Assembly (NCBI GenBank): GCA_002862085.1
Contig: PKCK01000075.1
Location: 1,533 to 65,532 of the forward strand
Length of the DNA stretch: 64,000 nucleotides
Source of the DNA: Planctomycetota bacterium
Lineage (GTDB): Bacteria > Planctomycetota > UBA1135 > GCA-002686595
Direction: 5' to 3'
The position numbers and the translations under genes were made by a program. This document shows, in pieces, positions 1 to 10,530 of this stretch. The stretch's first letter is position 1, and every line of letters begins with the position of its first letter. The notes beneath the pieces are model-generated. The model searched no databases and was not told where the DNA came from. It worked only from the letters and a program-made list of their open reading frames with translations.

Positions 1-999
1 GTCGAGATGGTCTGGATGAGGTCGCCGGCCGGCCACCACCTCGACGCTCAGCCGGTCAGCCTCCATCACTTCCTCCACCGTCCCGAGCACGCCGACGTCG
101 CGGAGCTGGCGGGGAGGCTGCGCCGTCCGACCCACGAGGCGTTCCTGCGCCACTCGCGCGAGGTGGTGGAGACGGCGGGGCTCGATCGTTCGGTCGTGCG
201 TGGACGGGTGAGCTCCATCCAGCGCCGGAACGGCGAGTCGATCGTCCGCGGGGACGGCCTCGAGCTCCGCGGTCGGCGGGTCCTCATCGCGACGGGCTCG
301 AACACCCCGCGCATCCCCGCGTGGGCGAAGCGCATGCGGGACGAGGGAGCCCCGATCCGGCACGTCTTCGAGGGAGACGCGCCCCTCGATCTCGACCTCG
401 TCGGCGGCGGGATCTCGTCGGTCCAGCGAGCGCTCATGGTCCACCGCGCCACGCGCCGCACGGTGCGCGTCTGGATGCGGCATCCGCTGCGCGAGGCCGA
501 GTTCGACTTCGACCGCGACTGGACGAAGCACCGCTTCGCGGCGGAGTGGAACGCGCTCGACGAGTCGGCGCGCATCGACTTCCTCGCGAGGCACGGCGGC
601 CGGGGGAGCGTCCCGGGTGGACTCGCCAGGCGCGTGGAGCGCGCGGTGAGGAACGGCTCGCTCCGGGTCGCGCACGAGCTCCCCGCCTTCGAGTGGGACG
701 CCGCGACGCAGGAGCTTCGCCTGCGCGGGTCCGAGGGGGCGGTCCGCTCGAGCGGCGTCACGCTCCTGACCGGGCTCGAGCCCGAGGCCGTCTCCGGCTG
801 GCTGCGCTCGACCGCCGAGGACCTCGGCCTTCCGGTCGTCCACGGCATGCCGCGCCTCCGCGCCGACATGGAGTGGGGGGAGGGGATCCACGTCACCGGA
901 TCCCTGGCGCGCCTGCGCCTCGGGCCCATGGCCCCGAACATCGTCGGCGCGCGCTGGGCGACGTCGCTCCTGCCGGGCGTCCGGATGCAGCCGGTCTAG
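1..999 (+). CDS. FAD/NAD(P)-binding oxidoreductase (lysine N6-hydroxylase-like flavoprotein), 5'-truncated by the window edge
   Basis: Frame is open from base 1. Motifs MRSP..HHLD, VLIATG, LVGGGISS and IHVTGSLARLRLGPMAPNIVGAR are colinear with the paralog at 1353-2558. The first GxGxxG motif is missing, so the start lies upstream. Confidence 0.75.
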   Translation, partial: VEMVWMRSPAGHHLDAQPVSLHHFLHRPEHADVAELAGRLRRPTHEAFLRHSREVVETAGLDRSVVRGRVSSIQRRNGESIVRGDGLELRGRRVLIATGSNTPRIPAWAKRMRDEGAPIRHVFEGDAPLDLDLVGGGISSVQRALMVHRATRRTVRVWMRHPLREAEFDFDRDWTKHRFAAEWNALDESARIDFLARHGGRGSVPGGLARRVERAVRNGSLRVAHELPAFEWDAATQELRLRGSEGAVRSSGVTLLTGLEPEAVSGWLRSTAEDLGLPVVHGMPRLRADMEWGEGIHVTGSLARLRLGPMAPNIVGARWATSLLPGVRMQPV

Positions 1000-1077
1000 G
1001 CGGGCGCCGGGGCCCGGGAGCACCGATTTCTGGAGTTTGCGCTCAGGCGGCCTCGGGGCGGATCCGAGACCTCACCC

Positions 1078-1311
1078 ATGGGACAGCGCCTCATCCAGAT
1101 CCTCTTCGCCGAACTCCTCGCCTTCGGGAGCTTCGTGCTCGGCGGCATCGCGCTCCTCGGCGCGCTCGCCACGGCGGCAGGCGACTCCCAGCACTCCGTG
1201 CTGCTGTCCTGGGGTCTCGTGATCCTCTTCGCGATCCCGGCGGTCGTCCTCGGCCGGGCCGCCGCCCTGCGACTCAAGGTCGCGTTCCGTCGCGAGCCGG
1301 CCTGCTCCTGA
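1078..1311 (+). CDS. small hypothetical membrane protein (about 2 TM helices)
   Basis: 77-aa ORF with two long hydrophobic stretches; fills the gap between two convergent genes. Confidence 0.55.
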   Translation: MGQRLIQILFAELLAFGSFVLGGIALLGALATAAGDSQHSVLLSWGLVILFAIPAVVLGRAAALRLKVAFRREPACS

Positions 1312-1352
1312 GTCCGGCCGGGAGCCGCAGCCCTCGCATCGAGGGGATGGGC

Positions 1353-2558
1353 TCACCGACACGCGGCGACGATGCGGTCCCCCGCGCGCCGCGCGCCGGC
1401 GATGTTGCGGGCGATGGGCCCGATCTCGAGCTCGGCGAGGGCGCCCGAGACGTGGATCCGCGGATGCCAGCGGAGCTCGCTGTCGACCAGCGGGAAGCCG
1501 CAGGGCGCGACCGGCAGCGCGGAGCGCTCCACGAGGCGATCCACGAGCTCGCCGCCCGGCCGCGTCCCCGAGAAACCCGTGGCGAGGAGGACGCGGTCCG
1601 CGTCGACCCTCTGTCCTCCTGCCAGCGTCAGCGCGGTCCCGTCCGCGCGGCTCTCGAGGGACTGGACCTCCTCGATCCGGAGTCGAACGCTGCCGTCGGC
1701 GACCGCGGCGCGCAGCGCCGCCTCCACGTCCGCCGGTAGAGAGCCTCGGTTGCGCGCTGTGGAGATCAGCTCCCGTCGCGTCGCGGCGGATCGCACCCGC
1801 TCGAAACCTCGCATGTACTTCGGCCCGAACCATCCGGGGTCGCTGTCGTACTGGTGGCTGCGGATCGCGTGCCGGCAGATCAGCTCGACCTCGTGCCCGC
1901 GCCCCGCGGCGTCGAGCGCGACCTGGGCAGCCGAGATCCCGCCGCCGACGATGGCGACCCTGGGAGTGGACGCCTCGAGGGGACGGAGGGCCGGATCGAA
2001 GATGTGCGCCACGCGCGGATCGTTCCGCGGTGCCCAGTCCGGCCAGTCCAGGTTCTCGCCCAATCCGAGAGCGAGGACGACCCGGCTGGCGCGGAGCGAG
2101 CCCGTTCGTGCGAGTTCCACGAGGACGCCGTCCTCGCCGGGGTTCACCTGGACCGCGCTGTCCCGAACGTGGGTGCCCTCCAGCCCGTGGGCCTCGATCA
2201 GCGCGTCGCAGTGGGCGTCGAAGAGCTCCGTCGAGGGGCGGTTGTTCGGCCGCGTGAACGAGTCCTCGCCGGACGACGGCCAGACTCGCGCGAACCGCTC
2301 GAGCGAATAGGAGTCCTCGTCGAGGTGATGCATCGACGGGGACCTGAGGAAGGACATCCCCGTGACCGCCACGCGCGCGCGCCAGCGGAGCAGCAGCTGC
2401 GGTCCGGGATCCACGATGCGCAGGCGGTCGGCGGTGGTGTGGCGTCCGCCGAGGAGCCGGATGGCGATGTGCACGCCGTGCACGCCGCCTCCGATGATGA
2501 TCCAGTCCAGCTGCGACGGAGGGTGGGCTCCGTCCGGGGTCTCCTGCAGTCGCTCCAC
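1353..2558 (-). CDS. FAD/NAD(P)-binding oxidoreductase (lysine N6-hydroxylase-like flavoprotein)
   Basis: Motifs WIIIGGGVHG, FLRSPSMHHLD, VAIVGGGISAAQ, VLLATGF and IHVSGALAELEIGPIARNIAGARRA. Start is uncertain: GTG 2558 is preferred (GGGAGG upstream), though the ORF is open to 2636. Confidence 0.8.
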   Translation of the reverse strand: MERLQETPDGAHPPSQLDWIIIGGGVHGVHIAIRLLGGRHTTADRLRIVDPGPQLLLRWRARVAVTGMSFLRSPSMHHLDEDSYSLERFARVWPSSGEDSFTRPNNRPSTELFDAHCDALIEAHGLEGTHVRDSAVQVNPGEDGVLVELARTGSLRASRVVLALGLGENLDWPDWAPRNDPRVAHIFDPALRPLEASTPRVAIVGGGISAAQVALDAAGRGHEVELICRHAIRSHQYDSDPGWFGPKYMRGFERVRSAATRRELISTARNRGSLPADVEAALRAAVADGSVRLRIEEVQSLESRADGTALTLAGGQRVDADRVLLATGFSGTRPGGELVDRLVERSALPVAPCGFPLVDSELRWHPRIHVSGALAELEIGPIARNIAGARRAGDRIVAACR

Positions 2559-2710
2559 GCGGGACGGATCCTCCCGAGCCAGCGACCCACCGCTTGCAGG
2601 GTTGCTCAAGCGACCAACCCGGCCGCCGGGTGGCACACGTGTCGCTTCGCGGGGGCGGGGCGACCTGGCGGTTCAGCTCGATCGACCGATCGAGCTCAGC
2701 AGCTGCTGCA

Positions 2711-3175
2711 TCAGCCGCCCTCCGGCTCGGCGCTCTCGGCCGAGGCCTCCTGGACGTCGATCACACGGACCTCGAAGTCGAGGGCCTTGCCGGCGAGGGG
2801 GTGGTTCCGCGTGATGACGACCTCGTCGCCCTCCACCGCCTTCACCCAGATCTGCACGCTGGCGTCGCCGGCCTCCGTGCGAAAGGTCATCCCGGGGTGC
2901 AGGTCCACCTCCGCGGGCAACTGTGACCTCTCCACGGTGAGGTCGCCGTCGGGATCGAGTTCGCCGTAGGCCTCCGCCGCGGAGAGGGTGAACGAGTGCT
3001 CGTCCCCGGGGGCGAGGCCAGCGAGCGCGCGCTCGAAGCCGCCGACGATGTCGCTGGCGCCCTGGATGAACACGAAGGGCTCCTCGAGGAACGTGTCGTC
3101 GAGGACCTCACCGCCTTGCAGGCTCATCCGGTAGTGGAGCGTGACCTGGAGCCCATCAGCGATCGCGAGCGTCAT
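2711..3175 (-). CDS. slyD: FKBP-type peptidyl-prolyl cis-trans isomerase (SlyD/SlpA family)
   Basis: VTLHY...GFERAL.G...EAYG...NHPLAGKALDFEVRVIDV. ATG 3175 is preceded by TACCAT 6 nt upstream. Confidence 0.9.
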   Translation of the reverse strand: MTLAIADGLQVTLHYRMSLQGGEVLDDTFLEEPFVFIQGASDIVGGFERALAGLAPGDEHSFTLSAAEAYGELDPDGDLTVERSQLPAEVDLHPGMTFRTEAGDASVQIWVKAVEGDEVVITRNHPLAGKALDFEVRVIDVQEASAESAEPEGG

Positions 3176-3343
3176 GGGGAGATGGTACGGGGGGGGAGCC
3201 CGGGACGTTCGCGAGACCAGGAGAAGGTGGGGTGCCGTGGCTCGTTTCCGCGACGACGACGTGCCTCGTGGTGGGGTCGATGTCGCGGGCGCTGACGGCC
3301 GGTCGTGGCGCGGTGGCGCGCCCGGGCGGTACGGTGGCGCACG

Positions 3344-4669
3344 GTGCAGGACCCGACCGAGGAAACGCAGCGTGAGCCGGGATCGCTCTCGCAGCTCGTG
3401 ACGCCCGCGCTCGCGGGAAGCCTGCCGCTCGCGCTGGCGTTCCTGCTGGGAGCGGACGCGCCGGAGGCGCTCGGCGGCGCTTCGTTCCCCGCGGCCGCGC
3501 GGACGGCTGCCGCAGTCGCGGCGGTCTGCGCCTTCGCGGCCGAGGTCAGGACGCGACGGGATCGGCGGCGCCTCCGGTGGTTCGTCGCGCTGGCGTCGGC
3601 GATGTTCGCCATCGGCGTCGGCCTGCTCACGACGCGCAGCCTCACGGGGGAGGGGCAGGACGATGTCGCTCGGCGGCTCGCTCCCGCGGAGCTCGTGAGG
3701 GCACCGGACATCTTGCTCGTGTTCGCCGAGGGAGCCTGGCTCGACGACCTCCGCGACGAGCCCTGGGAGGTCGGCTACTTCGCGTCCTCTCGACGGCGGA
3801 GCACCGACCTCGCCACTCTTCTCACGGGCGTGGACGTGTTCACCCATGGGGTCGTCGAGGACCGTGACGAGCCCCGCGTGCCCACGGTGCTCGAACGGCT
3901 CGCAGGCTACGGCTACGAGGTGGCGGCGTTCCTCGCCGAGGACGAGCAGAGCTGGGTCGGCCGCGGAGGCCTCGCGCTCGATGGGGGGCTCGCTGGCGCG
4001 CGCACGTGGGTCGACGGCGGAGGCGAGCCGCCCCGCCTCGCGGTCGTCACCGGCGCTCCTCCCGACGAAGCACGGGACCTTCTCGACGCGACGATGCGAA
4101 GGCCAGGTCGAGGGGGGAGGCGACTCGCGTGCACCGTCGTCGGCATGGACAGGGACGGATGGCACTCCGCCGAGACCAGGGGGCTCGTCGATCGGCGACC
4201 CTCCGGGCTGCCCGCGGTGCCGGGGTCTTCGGACGGCATGAACGACTGGCTCTCTTCATGGGGCCTTCCGATCCCTCGCCAGATCGAAGCCGAGCGATCC
4301 AGGCGGGAGCAGCTCCGCAGCGGAACCGAGCAGGGTGGAGCGGTTCGGTTCACCTCCGGCGCGGCGAACGAGCTTCACCTGCTCGAGGTCGCGACCACGG
4401 TGGGAACGCTGCGCGTCGAGCTGACCCGGCTCGGGGAGGATCCGTTCATGGACTGGGAGTGGGGCGGACGGCTCGAGGAGCACTTCGTCTACCGGAACGG
4501 ATCGACGTGGCTGCCCATCCCCCGGGCGCTCGGTGAGACCGACGAGCAGGTCGCCGCGAGGGAGGCTGCGGGGCGAGACGCTGCCGAGGCGCTGCTGGAC
4601 CGCTGGTACGAGGCCGTCGTGCTTCCTGCGCGGGCTCGACGCTCGGAGACGAGCGGCCGTGGCCTATGA
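3344..4669 (+). CDS. membrane protein with degenerate sulfatase/alkaline-phosphatase-like domain
   Basis: About 3 N-terminal hydrophobic segments, then PDILLVF...LATLLTGVDVFTHGV...PTVLERLAGYGYEVAAF, which resembles a sulfatase N-terminus. GTG start is inferred. Confidence 0.55.
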   Translation: MQDPTEETQREPGSLSQLVTPALAGSLPLALAFLLGADAPEALGGASFPAAARTAAAVAAVCAFAAEVRTRRDRRRLRWFVALASAMFAIGVGLLTTRSLTGEGQDDVARRLAPAELVRAPDILLVFAEGAWLDDLRDEPWEVGYFASSRRRSTDLATLLTGVDVFTHGVVEDRDEPRVPTVLERLAGYGYEVAAFLAEDEQSWVGRGGLALDGGLAGARTWVDGGGEPPRLAVVTGAPPDEARDLLDATMRRPGRGGRRLACTVVGMDRDGWHSAETRGLVDRRPSGLPAVPGSSDGMNDWLSSWGLPIPRQIEAERSRREQLRSGTEQGGAVRFTSGAANELHLLEVATTVGTLRVELTRLGEDPFMDWEWGGRLEEHFVYRNGSTWLPIPRALGETDEQVAAREAAGRDAAEALLDRWYEAVVLPARARRSETSGRGL

Positions 4670-4676
4670 TCGGGCC

Positions 4677-5207
4677 ATGGCGCGCCTCCTCCTCCTCGAC
4701 AACGACGAGCGGATCATCGAGCTGCTCTCCTGGTTCCTCCGCGATCGGGGGTTCGAGGTGGACGTCGCGGTGAATTTCTCCGCGGCTCGCGAGCGGATCG
4801 CGGCGGCGCGGCCCGACCTCCTCGTGAGTGACGTCGACCTCGGCACGGAGACGGCGATGGAGGAGCTGCCGCGCCTCTCGGCCGAGGGGGGGCTCCCGCC
4901 GACGCTCGTGGTCTCCGGGTTCCTCGACGAAGCGGTCGAGGGGCGGCTCCGGGCCGTGCCCGAGGTGCTGGACACGCTGCCGAAGCCCTTCGAGTTCTCC
5001 GATCTCGAGGACCGGATCCGTCGCTGTCTGGAGGATGCCGCGGGGATCGTGGGAGCCGCCGAGACGAGCGGAGACGCCGTCGCTCCGGAGCCGGCAGAGG
5101 TCCCGGCGCGGGCCGTCGACGGGGCGTCCAGCTCCGCCGCGCCCCCGTCCACGGTCGAGCCGGAGCCCGAGGACGACGACGGCTGGGTGGAGATCGGGCC
5201 CCGCTGA
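4677..5207 (+). CDS. single-domain response regulator (receiver) with acidic disordered tail
   Basis: LLLLDND, phospho-acceptor DLLVSD, VVSG and KPF motifs are all present; there is no output domain. Confidence 0.88.
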   Translation: MARLLLLDNDERIIELLSWFLRDRGFEVDVAVNFSAARERIAAARPDLLVSDVDLGTETAMEELPRLSAEGGLPPTLVVSGFLDEAVEGRLRAVPEVLDTLPKPFEFSDLEDRIRRCLEDAAGIVGAAETSGDAVAPEPAEVPARAVDGASSSAAPPSTVEPEPEDDDGWVEIGPR

Positions 5208-5299
5208 GTGGGCTCGTCCCCGGCCGCGCGGGGCGGTCCTCGTGAACCCGCCCGGGGACCCCGCTCCCCGGAGCCCCTCCAGCCGCGTAAGCTCCGGAC

Positions 5300-6472
5300 G
5301 TGACACGTTTCCAATGGCGCACCGCCGGTGAGTCCCACGGACCCACCTTGATCGGGATCCTCGAGGGGGTCCCCGCCGGCCTGTCCCTCGACGTCGAGCG
5401 GGTCAACAGGGACCTCGCCCGGCGCCAGATGGGCTATGGCCGCGGCGGGCGGATGCGGATCGAGACCGACCAGGTGGAGATCCTCTCCGGATGGAAAGGG
5501 GGGCTCACCATCGGTGCGCCCATCGCCTACTCCGTGAAGAACAAGGACTCGGTCATCGAGCGCTTGCCCACGCCGAACAATCCGCGGCCCGGGCACGCGG
5601 ACCTCGCCGGGTGCCAGAAGTGGGGTCATCGGGACCCCAGGGCGGTCCTCGAGCGCGCCAGCGCGCGGGAGACCGCCGCGCGAGTGGCTGCCGGCGGGAT
5701 CGCGCGGCAGGTCCTCGAGGCCTTCGGGATCGAGGTCTTCGGCTACCTCACCTCCCTCGGCGGGGTTCACTGCGCCCCGGATGCCTGGGAGCGGGCCGGC
5801 GAGCGGCGTGACGAGGTGAGGGGGAGCTCGGACTTCCTCAGCCTCGATCCGGCGGCGGACGAGCGCATGCGGGCCGCCGTGGACGAGGCCAAGGCCGCCA
5901 AGGACAGCCTGGGGGGGACGTTCGAGGTCCGGGCCCTGGGGCTGCCCCCCGGGCTGGGGAGCTGCGCCAGCGGGCCGGAGCGCCTGACGGCCCGGATCGG
6001 AGGGGGGCTCTTCTCCATCCCCGCCATCAAGGCGGTCGAGTTCGGGATCGGCTTCGAAGTGGCCGAGCGCCGCGGGAGCGGGGTCCACGACGGGATCGTG
6101 CCCTCGGGGGACGGGGACAACGCCTTCGCCAGGGAGTCGAACCGCGCCGGGGGCCTCGAGGGGGGGATGAGCACGGGGGAGCCGCTGGTCGTGAAAGCGG
6201 CCATGAAGCCCATCCCCTCGATCCGGCTCGGGCTGCCCTCCGTGGACCTGCACACCGGCGAAGCCACCCAGGCGACCTACCAGCGCTCCGACGTGACGTC
6301 CGTGCCTGCCTGCAGCGTGGTGGGGGAGGCGATGGTGGCCCTCGAGCTGGTGGACGCCTTCCTCGAGAAGTACGGGGGCGACTCCATGGGGCAGGTGGAG
6401 GCCGCTCTCGCGCACCATCGGGCCGAGGTGGCGGCCCTGGGGCGATCAGCGAATTCCGAGAGCCAGCCTTGA
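5300..6472 (+). CDS. aroC: chorismate synthase
   Basis: TAGESHG, PRPGHAD, LERASARETAARVA, SNRAGGLEGGMSTG and KPIPS signatures. Confidence 0.97.
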   Translation: MTRFQWRTAGESHGPTLIGILEGVPAGLSLDVERVNRDLARRQMGYGRGGRMRIETDQVEILSGWKGGLTIGAPIAYSVKNKDSVIERLPTPNNPRPGHADLAGCQKWGHRDPRAVLERASARETAARVAAGGIARQVLEAFGIEVFGYLTSLGGVHCAPDAWERAGERRDEVRGSSDFLSLDPAADERMRAAVDEAKAAKDSLGGTFEVRALGLPPGLGSCASGPERLTARIGGGLFSIPAIKAVEFGIGFEVAERRGSGVHDGIVPSGDGDNAFARESNRAGGLEGGMSTGEPLVVKAAMKPIPSIRLGLPSVDLHTGEATQATYQRSDVTSVPACSVVGEAMVALELVDAFLEKYGGDSMGQVEAALAHHRAEVAALGRSANSESQP

Positions 6473-6496
6473 CGCGCGGGGGCCGGTCCCTATCCT
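6469..6496 (+). promoter_or_regulatory. putative sigma70 promoter for the tRNA-tuf cluster
   Basis: TTGACG (6469-6474), 16-nt spacer, TATCCT (6491-6496); the -35 element overlaps the aroC stop codon. Confidence 0.55.
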
Positions 6497-6569
6497 CTCG
6501 CGCTCCACTCGCCGGTCCGGTTCTCCGCTCGCGGGGGTCCGGCCCCGTCGACGGCCGCCCGGTGCACTC

Positions 6570-6645
6570 GCCAGTGTGGCTCAATTGGTAGAGCAGCTGA
6601 TTTGTAATCAGCAGGTTGCGGGTTCGAGTCCCGCCGCTGGCTCCA
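6570..6645 (+). tRNA. tRNA-Thr(UGU)
   Basis: Acceptor stem GCCAGTG/CGCTGGC, anticodon stem GCTGA/TCAGC with loop TTTGTAA, GTTCGAG T-loop, encoded CCA. Confidence 0.97.
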
Positions 6646-6878
6646 CCGAGGTCGATGGCCGCGGCCCCCACGGGTCCGGGTGCGACTGCTCACTCAAAAC
6701 GCAATCCGATTCGAGGATGACTCGGGAGCGCGATGCCCTTCGCGCGCGCCGACCTTCCCCGGGCCCCGGCCCAGGGAGGCGACGGCGGCGCCGGCAGGGA
6801 ACGCGCGACTGGACCGGTCGTCTCGTCGGTGGTCCACGTGCTTCGAGCGCCGCTCACGCGGCCGAGAGGCGCGTCCAA

Positions 6879-6963
<85 letters not shown>

Positions 6964-7182
6964 TCTCCCCCGCGACGCTTCTCCGCGAACAGGCGGAGCA
7001 ACAAGGCCGGGATGGCCCGTGGACCACTGGCGTGGGACTGCGTCATGCGGTGGATCCGCCCTCCTGGAGGAGGGCAGCGCTGCGGCCCTCGCCGCGCGTT
7101 CGAACCCCGACCGCTCATCGCCCCTGGCGACGCCTGCCGCGACCGGCCGTGCGTGCTCCTGGGCGAGGGGAGGTCCCCATTG

Positions 7183-7256
7183 GCGGGTATAGTTCAATGG
7201 TAGAACGGCAGCCTTCCAAGCTGCACACGGGGGTTCGATTCCCCCTACCCGCTCCA
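7183..7256 (+). tRNA. tRNA-Gly(UCC)
   Basis: Acceptor stem GCGGGTA/TACCCGC, anticodon stem GCAGC/GCTGC with loop CTTCCAA, CCA. Confidence 0.97.
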
Positions 7257-7388
7257 CCTCCGCCCGGCCGCGCTCGCGGCCCCGTCCTGCCGAATCGGAC
7301 GAAGCTCCACCTCCGCGTGGTCGCTGCCCCCTGAGGGCGCGCCCCGCCGAGAGTCCCGGGCCACTCGGAGGGCCCGTGGATGGATCCC

Positions 7389-7465
<77 letters not shown>

Positions 7466-7769
7466 TCCTCTTCCGCTCCAGCGAGGGACGGGCCACTCCG
7501 GCGCGACGGCGCGGAGCTTCGACGCACACGACCAGCGGCATCGTCCCCACCTCGGGGACGGCGTCGTTCCCCTTCGGACCGCACCTTGCGCCTGGAGGGC
7601 TCTCTTTTCCCTTTCTTGCTGACGCCCGGTTCGCGCCGGAACTCAGCGCTCAGCCAGGCGCAGTCATCTCGGGCTGCGCCGACGCGACCACGGCCCGCGA
7701 GGGTCGACCACCACCTGTGGGTGGGCCCGAGGGCCCCGAAGCAGGAATTCCCACCGACGAGATCCAGAA

Positions 7770-8975
<1,206 letters not shown>

Positions 8976-9133
8976 CCCGCTCCGTCAGCGACAGCTGACG
9001 GGAGAGCGACAACCACGAGCGATCGCCGGGCTCCACCTCCCGGAGCCCGGCGACCGCGACCCGCCCTCCAGCATCCCGCCAGGGCACCCCGGCGAGCAGA
9101 GTTCGCCCCCCTCCGCGATAGCGAGCGCCCAAC

Positions 9134-9292
9134 GTGAAGACCAAAGAACGCTACGTGTTCCTCGAGTGCACCGAGTGCAAGGAGCGGAACTACACGACGC
9201 ACAAGCGTCTCAAGGCCGCTTACAAGCTCGAGAAGAAGAAGTACTGCCGACGTTGCCGCGCGCACACGTCGCACAAGGAGAAGAAGCTCTGA
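9134..9292 (+). CDS. rpmG: 50S ribosomal protein L33 (Zn-binding CxxC...CxxC form)
   Basis: Manual translation (absent from the ORF track): [55 protein letters not shown] start. Confidence 0.95.
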   Translation: MKTKERYVFLECTECKERNYTTHKRLKAAYKLEKKKYCRRCRAHTSHKEKKL

Positions 9293-9374
9293 CGAGCTGA
9301 CGCTCCGCGTCACCGTCGACTCCTCCCGTTCCCACCGCCCGACACCGCCCCCCGCACCACGCGCAACCGACCAG

Positions 9375-9809
9375 ATGGCCTACCGCAAGGATCAAGGACG
9401 CATGGCACGCATGGCGACCTACTGGTCGCTGGCGATCCTGCTGGCGTACGGCTGCGTGCAGATGCGGGCGGAGCTCACGAGCTGGATGCCCGACAGCGTC
9501 GGCGCCGGCATCAACGGGATGACGGTCCCGGTGGTCGGGCTCCCGCTCAGCCCTGCGCTGATCATCGCCGCGGCGGCCTTCGGCCTCGGTCTGCTCTTCC
9601 TGAGCAGGACGCTGGAGAAGCCGAAGAACGCCGACCTGCTCATCGAGACCGAGTCCGAGCTGCGCAAGGTGACCTGGCCGACGCTCGACGAGACCATCGA
9701 CGGATCGATCGTCGTGATGGTCGTCGTGATCTTCCTCATGGGTTTCATGGCCGGCGCTGATTACGTGCTCGGCGAGGTCTTCGGCCGGATCATCACGGGG
9801 CGCGCCTGA
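9375..9809 (+). CDS. secE: preprotein translocase subunit SecE (long, multi-TM form)
   Basis: LIETESELRKVTWP motif followed by a TM helix; located directly before nusG. Confidence 0.93.
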   Translation: MAYRKDQGRMARMATYWSLAILLAYGCVQMRAELTSWMPDSVGAGINGMTVPVVGLPLSPALIIAAAAFGLGLLFLSRTLEKPKNADLLIETESELRKVTWPTLDETIDGSIVVMVVVIFLMGFMAGADYVLGEVFGRIITGRA

Positions 9810-9832
9810 GCGCCAGACGGAGAGCGAAGACG

Positions 9833-10384
9833 ATGGCATTCAAGTGGTACTTCATCCGCTGTCAGTCGGGCCGTGAGAAGCGGATCCGCGACAACGCGCT
9901 CCACCGGCTCAAGGTGGCGGGCGTCGAAGACGTCATCCCCCAGGTCGTCATGCCGTTCAAGATCGTGACGGACATGAAGCGGGGCAAGAAGCGCACCGTG
10001 GAGGAGAAGCTCTACCCCGGGTACCTCATGGTCCAGGCGGACCTCGAGAACCCGGAGGACGCGCAGGTCATCAAGGCCCGGACGATCCTCCGCGGCATCG
10101 ACGGCCTGCGTGACTTCCTGGGCGCGCCCGGCGAGCCCACCTCGATCCCCGAGGCGGAGGTCACCGACATCCTCTCGATGATGACCGACTCGGAGTCCCG
10201 CCCGCAGGTGACCATCGGTCTCTCGAAGGGCGAGCAGGTCAAGATCAACACCGGCCCGTTCGACGGCTTCGACGGGACGGTGGACGAGGTCAATCCGGAG
10301 AAGGGGACGGTCCGCGTGGTCGTCACGATCTTCGGCCGACCGACCCCCGTCGACCTCAAGTACTGGGAGGTGGACAGCGTCTGA
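9833..10384 (+). CDS. nusG: transcription termination/antitermination factor NusG
   Basis: KWY...KLYPGY NGN domain; KOW motif VKINTGPFDGFDGTV; IFGRPTPVDL. Confidence 0.97.
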   Translation: MAFKWYFIRCQSGREKRIRDNALHRLKVAGVEDVIPQVVMPFKIVTDMKRGKKRTVEEKLYPGYLMVQADLENPEDAQVIKARTILRGIDGLRDFLGAPGEPTSIPEAEVTDILSMMTDSESRPQVTIGLSKGEQVKINTGPFDGFDGTVDEVNPEKGTVRVVVTIFGRPTPVDLKYWEVDSV

Positions 10385-10530
10385 CGGCTCTGCCGCCTCA
10401 GGGGCCTCGCGTCCCTCGCTGACCGCTCCAACGTTCAAACAAACAGACCGCTGTCCCGGCCCCCGGGGCGGCACCCCATCGAGCGCGCTGTTCGCAGCGA
10501 GCTCAGGCTCCAGGATTCTCCCGGACCACC

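Noticed and set aside
2631-2646. Sigma-54-like site TGGCAC-ACGTG-TCGCT with correct -24/-12 spacing on the + strand
   Set aside because: It points into the 3' end of the antisense slyD gene, and the next + strand gene is about 700 nt away with its own -10 box. Likely chance, although rpoN is present; only TSS data could rescue it.
7060-7115. GTTCGAACCC T-loop-like sequence and a hairpin between tRNA-Tyr and tRNA-Gly
   Set aside because: No acceptor stem, D-arm or anticodon arm can be built around it, so it is not a tRNA or a clear pseudo-tRNA.
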